This document shows, piece by piece, positions 1 to 8,615 of a DNA stretch of 64,000 nucleotides. A program made the translations under genes and the position numbers. Origin of the DNA: a virus (taxonomy: Duplodnaviria; Heunggongvirae; Uroviricota; Caudoviricetes); IMG/VR virus record IMGVR_UViG_2795385844_000002, positions 1 to 64,000 of that record; one strand, written 5' to 3'. The notes under the pieces are model-generated. The model saw only the letters and a list, made by a program, of their open reading frames with translations. It made no database searches and had not been told where the DNA came from. Numbering within the stretch: the first letter of the stretch is position 1; each line of letters starts with the position of its first letter.

Positions 1-198
1 ATGGCGATACCAAGAATGACCGACATACCGAATATTACCGAGTCTCGATACCAAGCATCTAACAATGCGGCACTTCCCGAATGGAAAGACTCGCTAATTG
101 TCGAGTGGCCGCATCAAAGGATCGAACTGACGGAACATATGGGCCACTATCTACGCGACGCATTAGATGCATGGCTAGGCCCAACCCATACCAACTAA
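1..198 (+). CDS. hypothetical protein (possibly 5'-truncated at window edge)
   Basis: ORF from nt 1 to TAA at 196-198, followed by an AAGGA RBS for the next gene. Confidence 0.3.
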   Translation: MAIPRMTDIPNITESRYQASNNAALPEWKDSLIVEWPHQRIELTEHMGHYLRDALDAWLGPTHTN

Positions 199-209
199 GG
201 ATAGAAACA

Positions 210-413
210 ATGAATCGCGGACCCAAGCCAAGGGTTGAGTATGGCGGGCGAACCTATACCACGCGGAAGTGGTCGGTAGAGATACCCGATTTGTATGCGA
301 TGGATAGCTTGGCCGCACTCGTCTGGCTCAATCAAAACACGATACCCACAGGTACAGGTATACGTACCGCGTCAGCGCCCAACCTGCGCGGGCTTAATCT
401 CGTTACCAATTAA
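210..413 (+). CDS. hypothetical small protein (67 aa)
   Basis: ATG at 210 preceded by AAGGA RBS; internal start of the 81..413 ORF. Confidence 0.45.
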   Translation: MNRGPKPRVEYGGRTYTTRKWSVEIPDLYAMDSLAALVWLNQNTIPTGTGIRTASAPNLRGLNLVTN

Positions 414-528
414 CCCACATACCAACTAATAGAGAGGCAAGTGAACCCATTGCGTGACTCACGGGAGTAATTCCGTGGGTTGCGTTGTGTGCTCACGACA
501 CACAATCCACACACGGAAGGGATTAGAA

Positions 529-867
529 ATGACACACATTGAGAACGATCGAGACGTCTTGGACGTTCGTGACCTCATCGAGCGCTACGAAGCATTGCGA
601 TCTGAACTCGATGACCTCACCGACCTGCTAGACGAGTTGCGAGGATCAGGGGGGGACCACCAATGGGAGGGCGATTGGTTCCCGGTGACGCTGATTAGAG
701 ACTCGTACTTTCAGGACTACGCGCAAGAGATGGCGGAGGACATCGGGGCAATCAGTGGTGATGCATCGTGGCCTAAGAACCATATCGACTGGGAAAGTGC
801 TGCTCAAGAACTCCAAATTGACTACAGCTCTGTGGAGTTCGACGGAACCACCTACTGGTACCGCTGA
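529..867 (+). CDS. hypothetical protein (113 aa, acidic)
   Basis: ATG at 529 preceded by the conserved ACACGGAAGGGAT upstream motif. Confidence 0.55.
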   Translation: MTHIENDRDVLDVRDLIERYEALRSELDDLTDLLDELRGSGGDHQWEGDWFPVTLIRDSYFQDYAQEMAEDIGAISGDASWPKNHIDWESAAQELQIDYSSVEFDGTTYWYR

Positions 868-1003
868 ATAGTTCTAGATAGGCAAAGTGGGTCGCGAGTC
901 TTTCTCGCGGCCCACTTGGTGCATCTAGCACCAAAACATCCTATGACCTGCATCGATTGGGTGCGTGGTCGGATGGTTTCACCACACGGAAGGGATACAA
1001 ACT

Positions 1004-2044
1004 ATGTCTGCTGAAATCGACAACGCAAACGGTGTCTACATGTACACCGACTCCCGTAATGATGCCTGGCATCAGCTGGGGCAGCAGGTCGGGCGCACTA
1101 TGACAGCTGAGGAGGTTCTCAGCGCGTCGCACCTAGCTGGTTGGGACGTACGGAAGATGCCTATCAACATCCCGCAAGACCCAATCATCAATATGGATGG
1201 GGTTACTACTCCACCTGCGATCGTCGTGCCCGACAGGTATGCAACAGTACGAACCAACCCGATTACCAAGGAGATTGACTACCTCGGGATTGTTGGCGAT
1301 CGGTATGAGCCGGTGCAGAACGAGGCATCATGCGATCTGTTGAACGCCATTGTGGACGAGTCGGGTGCTCATTTCGAGACAGCCGGTGCGCTCTACAACG
1401 GTCGCCAAACGTTCGTAACCATGAAGCTACCCAAGGTGATGGATATCGCTGGTGCGAACGGTGTTACCGACCGTACCGAGTGGTATCTAGCATCGCTCAA
1501 CAGTCACGACGGCTCAAGTTCGGTGCGGGTGATCTTGACGGGTGTACGCATCGTGTGCGCCAATACCCAGCAGTGGGCGTTGAAGAGTGCACGATCATCA
1601 TTCTCTGTGCGCCACACCAAGAATGCTAAGGCGAACATTGCCGAAGCGCGGCGGCTGTTAGGTATCACCTGGCAGTCCATCGACAGTGTGGACGCCGAGT
1701 TCCGGCGCATGGCTGAAGCTGAGATGTCCGTCATCGAAGCGGAGGAGTTTGTTCGTAAGCTGCTCAAGGCTGACGATGTCGAGCCAGGTACGGCTGCGGC
1801 CACTCGTCGTGACAATGTCGCCAACAGCGTTCTCGATCTGTTCACCTCGTCGGAAACCATTACGCCGGTTCGGGGTACGCGCTACGCGTTGTACAACGCA
1901 TTCACTGAGTATCAGGACCACTACGCAGCTGTTCGTGGAGCTGGTGGTCGGGATGCGGATGCGCGCGCACTACGCACCATTCGCGACGCAGAGAGTGAAA
2001 CCTCACTCAAGGCGCGTGCATTCCGTGGCCTACAGCTGGTCTAA
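1004..2044 (+). CDS. DUF932-like phage protein (347 aa)
   Basis: ATG at 1004 after the ACACGGAAGGGATAC motif; product has an NSHDGSS motif that I recall as typical of DUF932. Confidence 0.6.
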   Translation: MSAEIDNANGVYMYTDSRNDAWHQLGQQVGRTMTAEEVLSASHLAGWDVRKMPINIPQDPIINMDGVTTPPAIVVPDRYATVRTNPITKEIDYLGIVGDRYEPVQNEASCDLLNAIVDESGAHFETAGALYNGRQTFVTMKLPKVMDIAGANGVTDRTEWYLASLNSHDGSSSVRVILTGVRIVCANTQQWALKSARSSFSVRHTKNAKANIAEARRLLGITWQSIDSVDAEFRRMAEAEMSVIEAEEFVRKLLKADDVEPGTAAATRRDNVANSVLDLFTSSETITPVRGTRYALYNAFTEYQDHYAAVRGAGGRDADARALRTIRDAESETSLKARAFRGLQLV

Positions 2045-2174
2045 CGGAAATGCATATAGATGCGGGATGGGTGGTCGCGTGGTTTATCTGCGTGGCCATC
2101 TACCTAATCCAGTACAGGAGAGCTAAATAGGGAGGGTGGGACGCGAAGGGGTGCAAGCCTTTTCGCGGCCTGCC

Positions 2175-2192
2175 TGCTGTATTTAGACAGCA
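2175..2192. promoter_or_regulatory. palindromic operator-like site TGCTGTATTTAGACAGCA
   Basis: Perfect 6-bp inverted arms with a 6-bp spacer, immediately upstream of the ACACGGAAGGGATAC/RBS element of the 2211 gene. Confidence 0.45.
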
Positions 2193-2210
2193 CACACGGA
2201 AGGGATACCA

Positions 2211-2453
2211 ATGACAACTATCGCGGCACGACCGTTGAATGTGATCGCGAACGAGATTAAAAGGGATTGGGCCAAACCGTTTTACGGCGCTGCCCCCTAC
2301 TTGGATGCCATGGCTGCGCTCGGTGATATCGATGAGCGCTACGGGTGTTACTCTGCCGAGTTTATCGTTCTAGGCTTCCTGGCCAACTCTGGCAGCTGGC
2401 GCGGTCAAGTGGCTCGCCGGATCAAGAAGGAACTGACAGACATCCTGGGCTGA
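2211..2453 (+). CDS. hypothetical protein (80 aa)
   Basis: ATG at 2211 preceded by the conserved motif and the palindrome TGCTGTATTTAGACAGCA. Confidence 0.55.
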   Translation: MTTIAARPLNVIANEIKRDWAKPFYGAAPYLDAMAALGDIDERYGCYSAEFIVLGFLANSGSWRGQVARRIKKELTDILG

Positions 2454-2473
2454 ACAGGGAGCTGTCGTATGTC

Positions 2474-2491
2474 TGCTGTATTCAGGCAGCA
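2474..2491. promoter_or_regulatory. palindromic operator-like site TGCTGTATTCAGGCAGCA (second copy)
   Basis: Same architecture as 2175..2192; the surrounding 40 bp are conserved between the two copies. Confidence 0.45.
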
Positions 2492-2510
2492 ATACACGGA
2501 AGGGGTACGA

Positions 2511-2717
2511 ATGCATACATCCAGCATTCTGGGGACCAAGGGTGAGGGCGTCATGTGGCAGGGCCCTGGCCGACTGAAGTATGACGAGGCCTATAAGGAA
2601 GCCTCTGACCACGCTCTTTACTGGTTTGGCCGGAAGAGCGGTGAGGTGTCTGTGGACGAAACTAAGATCATCCACAACGGGGTTCACGTTGCAAACATCC
2701 TGGTAGAGAGGGTCTGA
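2511..2717 (+). CDS. hypothetical protein (68 aa)
   Basis: ATG at 2511 preceded by the same motif plus a palindrome; internal start of the 2469..2717 ORF. Confidence 0.55.
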   Translation: MHTSSILGTKGEGVMWQGPGRLKYDEAYKEASDHALYWFGRKSGEVSVDETKIIHNGVHVANILVERV

Positions 2718-2718
2718 G

Positions 2719-2937
2719 GTGGTGGAAAAGGGCGCCAAAGCGCACCTAGTCAATCTGGCTGACGAGTACAGGCCCACCATGGATGGTGAGGTGCTTCATT
2801 CATGGGCCAAGGAGGTCGTCACGGCGATTAGAGAGAGTGATAAGGGGGGGCGCAATGATTCTCGCGGCCCTCCTCATCACTGCTGGAATCACCACTCCTC
2901 CAAGCACTCCCGACTGTGCACGATTCGATGTGTGTAA
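2719..2937 (+). CDS. hypothetical protein; the 3' portion overlaps the next frame and may reflect a frameshift at a G7 tract
   Basis: GTG at 2719 one nt after the previous stop; the C-terminal 25 aa look non-native. Confidence 0.3.
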   Translation: MVEKGAKAHLVNLADEYRPTMDGEVLHSWAKEVVTAIRESDKGGRNDSRGPPHHCWNHHSSKHSRLCTIRCV

Positions 2938-3070
2938 GTACCAGCCGGGATATAACGGGCCCCTCATGCCCACCTGGAACACTCCAGGAACGCATGGGGG
3001 CTGGACAACCAATCAAGTCTTGTGCGACCCGGTCACGTACCAGTGTCGGCAAGTAGTACCAGGGAGTTGA
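2855..3070 (+). CDS. small membrane protein (71 aa, N-terminal TM)
   Basis: ATG at 2855 five nt after a GGGGGGG tract acting as SD; product begins MILAALLITAGITT (hydrophobic). Confidence 0.45.
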   Translation: MILAALLITAGITTPPSTPDCARFDVCKYQPGYNGPLMPTWNTPGTHGGWTTNQVLCDPVTYQCRQVVPGS

Positions 3071-3072
3071 CC

Positions 3073-3165
3073 ATGACTCGGTATTGCATCACTTGTGAGC
3101 GTGAACGGGAAATGAGAGTCGAGAACGGCGAACTGTACTGCTCGGTAGGCACCGGCAATGACTGA
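3073..3165 (+). CDS. small Zn-ribbon-like protein (30 aa, CxxC..C)
   Basis: ATG at 3073; stop overlaps the next start (ATGACTGA). Confidence 0.35.
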   Translation: MTRYCITCEREREMRVENGELYCSVGTGND

Positions 3166-3343
3166 CATCAATGCAGTAATAGAACGGCTAGAGAAAGCCG
3201 AACTTGAACTGGTGGCCATGCACACCGCCGCTAAGTCTAAATCTCTACACCCTGGCGACGTGGATATCGCCGAGGTTCGCAGACTCGGCGGCAAGGTTGA
3301 AGGTGTCCGTCTAGCTCTCTCATACCTAAGGGAAGAACAATGA
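3158..3343 (+). CDS. hypothetical protein (61 aa)
   Basis: ORF track; ATGA-type overlaps at both ends. Confidence 0.5.
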   Translation: MTDINAVIERLEKAELELVAMHTAAKSKSLHPGDVDIAEVRRLGGKVEGVRLALSYLREEQ

Positions 3344-3441
3344 GCACCGAGACCTATGACTTTGATGCCATCTGGGACAGCCTAGACAAGTGCTCTTACT
3401 GCGGGTATCCGACACCATGCACTTGCGAGACATCACTATGA
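3340..3441 (+). CDS. small Cys-rich protein (33 aa)
   Basis: ATG at 3340 overlaps the previous TGA; stop at 3439-3441 overlaps the next ATG. Confidence 0.35.
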   Translation: MSTETYDFDAIWDSLDKCSYCGYPTPCTCETSL

Positions 3442-3695
3442 CCGGGCGTGAGCGTATAGAACAAGCAGCCAAAGAAAATGGGTGGACCCTTGCGCAGCTG
3501 GTCGATGAGACTAGCCGAGTGTATGTACGCGGGCAGCAAGGCGTTTGGGTCTACTACGGCCCACAGGGCACCGCTACAGGCGCAATGTTTGGCACTCATG
3601 AAGTGGCATCCACCGTTACCGGTAAAACCAACGCACCTAAAGACGTGGCCGGTCAGGTTATCGCCTACCTACAGGAACACAAGGAGAATAATTGA
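3438..3695 (+). CDS. hypothetical protein (85 aa)
   Basis: ATG at 3438 (ATGA overlap); internal start of the 3390..3695 ORF. Confidence 0.5.
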   Translation: MTGRERIEQAAKENGWTLAQLVDETSRVYVRGQQGVWVYYGPQGTATGAMFGTHEVASTVTGKTNAPKDVAGQVIAYLQEHKENN

Positions 3696-3913
3696 CCCAG
3701 CAATACCGCATCACGCTAAAGATGGAAGACGGATTCACGAATGAATCCGTGGGGGAAGACCTTTCACAGCTTGTCCGTGACGCCAATGAATTGGCCAAGG
3801 ATCACAACGGTCTAATCTCCCAGGACTACGTCAATAAGATGGGCCTGATCGTCTACACCGCAGAGCAAGCGGGCGCAGCTACGGGATGGGGTTACGTAAC
3901 GCCGGTCATCTAA
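3692..3913 (+). CDS. hypothetical protein (73 aa)
   Basis: TTG start overlapping the previous stop; AAGGAG RBS upstream. Confidence 0.5.
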   Translation: MTQQYRITLKMEDGFTNESVGEDLSQLVRDANELAKDHNGLISQDYVNKMGLIVYTAEQAGAATGWGYVTPVI

Positions 3914-4036
3914 CACACCTGAATACGGAGGAGCCGCAGCGGGAGTCATTCTCGTTGCGGCTCTGCTGTTTTCAGCACTCAGGGCATGGGACTCACGAAC
4001 CCGTGCCCTTTTTCTATGCCCAGAGGAAGGGAACGC

Positions 4037-4504
4037 ATGTTATTGGAAGGTTGGACGTCAACACCGGTTGAATACGAACGGCTCACGCGCGCTGAGGTAG
4101 TCGAGCACGAGCGCTACTGGGCCGAGATGGTTCTCAAGGCGCGAAGCCTACGGCGCAAGTATGACCGCGCGGTATGGCTGAAGGACGTAAAACGGGCTGA
4201 GAGCCTCGCAGAGGCCCTGAGATCCCTTGGCCCATCTATGTTGTACGCCCACGGACGTTGGGAGCGTCACGGGCGCTGGAACCGGTATTACCAAGTACGT
4301 GGTGGCGCTGTACACACCACACTGACATGCCGGTGCATCAACAGGGAGACGGTACTGAACCCGCTCCCCCAATTCGCCGGTAGGTCAAGGAAGTTCATCG
4401 CAGATCGGTACAAGCTGTGCCGACACTGCGGGGACACCCACACGGGCGACATTCCTGCTGATCGAGCTTATCGGTCGTTCAAGGCCTACCTGCTCATTAC
4501 CTAA
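4037..4504 (+). CDS. hypothetical protein (155 aa)
   Basis: ATG at 4037 after a GAGGAAGGGA RBS. Confidence 0.5.
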   Translation: MLLEGWTSTPVEYERLTRAEVVEHERYWAEMVLKARSLRRKYDRAVWLKDVKRAESLAEALRSLGPSMLYAHGRWERHGRWNRYYQVRGGAVHTTLTCRCINRETVLNPLPQFAGRSRKFIADRYKLCRHCGDTHTGDIPADRAYRSFKAYLLIT

Positions 4505-4573
4505 AACGCGGTCTGACCTGCATTAAGTGGGTCGGGTTTACGTTCTGAATACACGAAGGAAGGGATACCCAAA

Positions 4574-4654
4574 ATGTTCGAAGAGGAAGAGATCGATTAC
4601 GGCCCCGAGTGGTGGGGTGACTACCTCCAGGAGTCGGGGAGGTTGGCCCAGTGA
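4574..4654 (+). CDS. tiny acidic peptide (26 aa)
   Basis: ATG at 4574 after the ACACGAAGGAAGGGATAC motif; stop overlaps the next GTG. Confidence 0.3.
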   Translation: MFEEEEIDYGPEWWGDYLQESGRLAQ

Positions 4655-4845
4655 AGTGCTCAATCAGCTACTGCTGGGAGGACTCCGTGTCCAAAGAGAT
4701 GTGCGCACACCACTACCAGCAGAACTACAAGCGGGACACGCGAGGCGATCGACGCAACCGGTCGCGTCTCGCTAAGCGTCTGGAGGCTAAGGGTTTCAAG
4801 GTCTCTCAGGAGTACCTGGAGCAGCGATTGGCTGGCCTACGGTGA
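4651..4845 (+). CDS. small Cys/His-containing protein (64 aa)
   Basis: GTG start (GTGA overlap); ORF track. Confidence 0.45.
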   Translation: MKCSISYCWEDSVSKEMCAHHYQQNYKRDTRGDRRNRSRLAKRLEAKGFKVSQEYLEQRLAGLR

Positions 4846-5117
4846 GCGCGCCAGTCACTCGGGATGTGCGCTACTGGTACGAGCTTGGTAGACGCACGCT
4901 ACTTCCCGGGACAGAGGTGTCCATTAGGGGCAAGACTGGCCGGTTTCGGTTCCAGTACTGGCGGCACACCAGCTCTGGCATGGATGAACTCACATTCGTC
5001 GGTGGGCCGCTACATGGACAGGGAGAGCGTTACGTCTCGGTCTACCCCGAGCGTGTTACACGGGTGCATCGAATCAACAAGACACTGACCAACATTCAGA
5101 AGGAGAAGCGCAAGTGA
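4842..5117 (+). CDS. hypothetical protein (91 aa)
   Basis: GTG start overlapping the previous stop; ORF track. Confidence 0.5.
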   Translation: MSAPVTRDVRYWYELGRRTLLPGTEVSIRGKTGRFRFQYWRHTSSGMDELTFVGGPLHGQGERYVSVYPERVTRVHRINKTLTNIQKEKRK

Positions 5118-5287
5118 GCGCCACGGTACTGGAGGCGCGGTGGCTCACGAAAGGCCACTACCTACCCGTGTATGCGGAATCGGTGGCTGAGGTGGTTCAG
5201 CTGGAGGACTTTGTCGTCGTGACGTTCGCCAGCGACCTGCCAGTGAAGGTCTTCCACGAAACCGACAAGGTCGAGGTGTGGGAATGA
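5114..5287 (+). CDS. hypothetical protein (57 aa)
   Basis: GTG at 5114 (GTGA overlap); stop TGA at 5285-5287 overlaps the next ATG. Confidence 0.4.
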   Translation: MSATVLEARWLTKGHYLPVYAESVAEVVQLEDFVVVTFASDLPVKVFHETDKVEVWE

Positions 5288-5478
5288 GGTACTGCCCCAC
5301 TCCCGACAAGAAGTCATATGTCAACAAAGGCGTAGCACTTCGAGCGGTTACCAGGATCCGCAAGAACAGTAGGACGAGGCACAACAAGAAGCGCTATATA
5401 CCGGTGGAGCCGTACGTCTGCTCGTGCGGCGAATACCACCTTTGCACCGCAGACAAGGCGAAGTTCAAACGCAAGTAG
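5284..5478 (+). CDS. small basic Cys-containing protein (64 aa)
   Basis: ATG at 5284 (ATGA overlap). Confidence 0.45.
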   Translation: MRYCPTPDKKSYVNKGVALRAVTRIRKNSRTRHNKKRYIPVEPYVCSCGEYHLCTADKAKFKRK

Positions 5479-5588
5479 AGAAGAGGGTCTGCCCACATGG
5501 GTTGGCCCTTTTCTTTTACCCAAATCGTTAGCATACCTAACCAAATACCCACCCAATCATTCAGTCTCCTGCGGTATCATCTGTGACT
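5479..5588. promoter_or_regulatory. candidate attP / integrase promoter region
   Basis: 110-bp non-coding gap immediately upstream of the serine integrase, with an imperfect inverted repeat around GCCCACATGGGTTGGCCC. Confidence 0.3.
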
Positions 5589-6983
5589 ATGCGAGCTGCC
5601 GTCTACCTGCGCCAATCAATGGATAGAGAAGGTGACGGACTAGCCGTCGAACGTCAGCGCGAAGACTGCCTGAGGATCTGCCGTGAGCGCGGCTGGGAAC
5701 CCACCCAGTACGTCGATAACGACACTAGCGCCAGCAAGGGCCGTCGACCGTCGTATGAGCGCATGCTCGCTGATATACGCAGTGGCCGCATTGATGCCGT
5801 AGTGGTGTGGGATCTTGACCGACTGCATCGTCAGCCCAAGGAGCTCGAGCAGTTCATTGAGCTGGCCGACGAGAAGCGGCTAGCGCTGGCCACCGTAGGC
5901 GGGGATGCCGATCTCTCCACCGATAACGGTCGGCTGTTCGCGCGCATCAAAGGCGCGGTGGCTAGGGCTGAGGTGGAGCGAAAGTCGGCAAGGCAGAAGC
6001 GCGCATTTCTCCAGATGGCCCAATCTGGTAAAGGCTGGGGCCCGCGCGCATTCGGATACAACGGTGACCATGACAAGCCGAAGATCATCCTCAAGGAGGC
6101 TGAGGCCCTGAGGCGTGGCTACAAGATGCTCCTGTCGGGCGAAACCCTCTATTCAGTTGCAAAACACTGGAATGACGCTGGCCTGAAGACTCCACGGGGG
6201 AACCTGTTCAACGGAACCACGGTGCGCCGGATTCTTCAGAACCCACGCTACGCAGCTGTCCGCACCTACCACGATGAAGTTGTGGGAGAGGGTAAGTGGC
6301 CCGCGATCATTGACGAGACCACCTGGCAGGCTGTGAATGCCCTCCTTAGCGACCCATCACGCCATCAGCCGCGCCAGGTTCGTAAGTACGTCCTCGGCGG
6401 TCTACTCACCTGCAGCGAGTGTGGCCACAAGATGTCTGTGGGCGTACAGCACCGGAAAGAGGGGAATGTCCCCATCTATCGGTGCAAGCACGTCAGCTGC
6501 GGCAAGGTCACCCGACGTGTTGAGCGTATGGATGAATGGGTGAGGGAGATTGTCCTGCGCAGGATGTCGAGTCGGCATTGGGTTCCCGGGAATCAGGACA
6601 ACCGGGAAAGGGCCCTCCAGCTACGGGAAGAGCTGGACACAATCAAGCAGCGAATGGACTCCCTCGCAATCGATTTCGCTGACGGAGAACTCACCGCAAG
6701 CCAGATGCGTATCGCCAATGAGCGAATGCAGGCGAAGCTTGATGACATTGAGGACAAGCTCCGTCGAACCAATGTGCGGCCACTCCCCGATGGGATTCTC
6801 ACCGCGAAGGACCGGGGCAAGTTTTACGACGACCAGATGTCTCTGGATGCGAAACGAGCCCTCATCGAGGCCTTATGCAACTCGATTGTCGTGCATCCCC
6901 TCAACCTCAAGGGCCGCAGTGCTTCCCAGGCTCCGCTCGGGCATAACATCGATGTCCACTGGCACAAGCCCAGTAATGGCTGA
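5589..6983 (+). CDS. int: large serine recombinase (serine integrase)
   Basis: N-terminal resolvase catalytic domain (YLRQS...R), recombinase domain and a Cys-rich zinc-ribbon region; 464 aa. Confidence 0.9.
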   Translation: MRAAVYLRQSMDREGDGLAVERQREDCLRICRERGWEPTQYVDNDTSASKGRRPSYERMLADIRSGRIDAVVVWDLDRLHRQPKELEQFIELADEKRLALATVGGDADLSTDNGRLFARIKGAVARAEVERKSARQKRAFLQMAQSGKGWGPRAFGYNGDHDKPKIILKEAEALRRGYKMLLSGETLYSVAKHWNDAGLKTPRGNLFNGTTVRRILQNPRYAAVRTYHDEVVGEGKWPAIIDETTWQAVNALLSDPSRHQPRQVRKYVLGGLLTCSECGHKMSVGVQHRKEGNVPIYRCKHVSCGKVTRRVERMDEWVREIVLRRMSSRHWVPGNQDNRERALQLREELDTIKQRMDSLAIDFADGELTASQMRIANERMQAKLDDIEDKLRRTNVRPLPDGILTAKDRGKFYDDQMSLDAKRALIEALCNSIVVHPLNLKGRSASQAPLGHNIDVHWHKPSNG

Positions 6984-7070
6984 GATCCGCGACAACTGCG
7001 ACTGAGTGAGTGGCGGTGCATCGTCCAGGATCCTGGCGAAGATCGCCTCGTCTTCGTCTGACCATTTCAT
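6873..7070 (-). CDS. hypothetical ORF antisense to the integrase 3' end (possible RDF candidate)
   Basis: 65-aa ORF with an ATGA overlap to the downstream gene, but it overlaps int by 111 nt on the opposite strand. Confidence 0.2.
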   Translation of the reverse strand: MKWSDEDEAIFARILDDAPPLTQSQLSRISAITGLVPVDIDVMPERSLGSTAALEVEGMHDNRVA

Positions 7071-7324
7071 CGAGGTAGTGCCCCATCCACTCGCTTCATG
7101 ACTTCAGCGACGAGCGCCCATGAGCCATCCGAATATCGGTGGTGCAGTGTGCCTGACGCGCTGGCCTTCGGGATCTTCGTACCGTCCAGTAGCGTTGCCT
7201 CACGCTGCTCCGCATCCCATCGGTAGACGTATGCACTGCCACGGTCGGGGCTGAACATCTCCTGACGGGTGATGAATACTTCACCAATCACTGTGCTGTT
7301 AACCATAATTGGAATGATCAGCAT
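7067..7324 (-). CDS. hypothetical protein (85 aa)
   Basis: ORF track; overlapping stop/start with neighbours. Confidence 0.5.
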   Translation of the reverse strand: MLIIPIMVNSTVIGEVFITRQEMFSPDRGSAYVYRWDAEQREATLLDGTKIPKASASGTLHHRYSDGSWALVAEVMKRVDGALPR

Positions 7325-7920
7325 GGCGCACCCCTCAGAATTACAAGTGCATCATCTGCAGACGCTTTAAGGGCCCGAGCATTGCAGTGGTTCTCTTGGT
7401 CGAGATAGTAAGGCTTTTCATCCATCACGGCAGACGCCATCTTGACATCTGTCTCAGCGCGACTGATTGCCTCCGCTGTGCCATCGCGGTCGACCGAGTC
7501 TGCGTATAACGAAAGGAATGCGCTGCGCAGTTCATGGCGGGAATCTGAGTCTGGGAATAGCTTCGCCAGCCGCGCGTAGTGGTATGCATTCTCGCGTAGT
7601 TTATCGACTATCGGTGCCCTGCGTAATAGCTCTGTGCCCCAGTGTGATTCGATGTCGAGCTCATTTGGCAGGGTCACGGTTGCGAACTTCAGGACGTCAT
7701 CTGAGTCAAGATCGACAGGCTGGTAGTTACCGTACTCTGCGCCTGGTTCGCCATTCATCAGCTTGGAATGCTGGGCGAGCGCACGCATAGCAAGGCGGTC
7801 ATCGCTAATCGACATGCGATCAAACCACCCAAACCAGCTGTTGTCATCCGCCCACATCCACCCGAAGAGAAGTGCGACGAAGGCTAATCCGACCAAGGTT
7901 CCAATGATCCCTGGCATCAT
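7318..7920 (-). CDS. membrane protein (200 aa, N-terminal TM)
   Basis: Hydrophobic N-terminus MMPGIIGTLVGLAFVALLFGW. Confidence 0.55.
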   Translation of the reverse strand: MMPGIIGTLVGLAFVALLFGWMWADDNSWFGWFDRMSISDDRLAMRALAQHSKLMNGEPGAEYGNYQPVDLDSDDVLKFATVTLPNELDIESHWGTELLRRAPIVDKLRENAYHYARLAKLFPDSDSRHELRSAFLSLYADSVDRDGTAEAISRAETDVKMASAVMDEKPYYLDQENHCNARALKASADDALVILRGAPC

Positions 7921-8615
7921 GGCCGATCCTCCAAGCCCTGGATTATCTCGATGATCTGATCAAGCGCCACGGGCTTGTCGTCCCACGCGTCAACACCGAC
8001 GTGAATCTGATTGATACGTGCTGGTTTGTTGCGCAGCGCAGCACCACGCCGCTTGGCCTCCCGGCCACCGATACTCAGCTTCTCCGGGCTATGCGTGTGG
8101 CCATGCAAGATGTAATGCCCATAATCAGGCAGACGCCACTCGGGATAGCGATCCTCATCCGTGTGGTCACCCGTGTACGGAAAATGTGACAGCATCGCGG
8201 TCACGTGACCATCTCTCAGGGGAATTCGAACTTTCGCGGCCAACTGAACACACTCAAATGGTGCAGGCCTGTCGGGTTGATCCTGGCCAAGATAGATGGG
8301 CAACCACTTATGCGAGTCGCGGTGCAAAGGATGTGTGCCACAATGATTTCCCGGAATACCGCGCTTGCGGCCAGGACGAGCCCGCAGCCAATCCAGGGCC
8401 CTCAATTGCGCTGTCTTGGTGCCGGACGAAATGTCACCCAACACCCACACGATATCGTCAGGCGCAACCATGCTGTCCCAGTTACGGGCCAGCTGCGCGT
8501 CATGAGAGTCGATCTCCGCGCCTACGTAGCGTGGTAGCACCCATCCACGAGTGCGTTCCCTGGCCACCTTCTCGTGGCCGATATGTAGGTCAGATGTGAA
8601 CCACACATTGCTCAT
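7917..8615 (-). CDS. calcineurin-like metallophosphoesterase
   Basis: Motifs SDLHIGH, GD, GNH and GHTH typical of Ser/Thr phosphatase-type phosphoesterases. Confidence 0.8.
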   Translation of the reverse strand: MSNVWFTSDLHIGHEKVARERTRGWVLPRYVGAEIDSHDAQLARNWDSMVAPDDIVWVLGDISSGTKTAQLRALDWLRARPGRKRGIPGNHCGTHPLHRDSHKWLPIYLGQDQPDRPAPFECVQLAAKVRIPLRDGHVTAMLSHFPYTGDHTDEDRYPEWRLPDYGHYILHGHTHSPEKLSIGGREAKRRGAALRNKPARINQIHVGVDAWDDKPVALDQIIEIIQGLEDRP

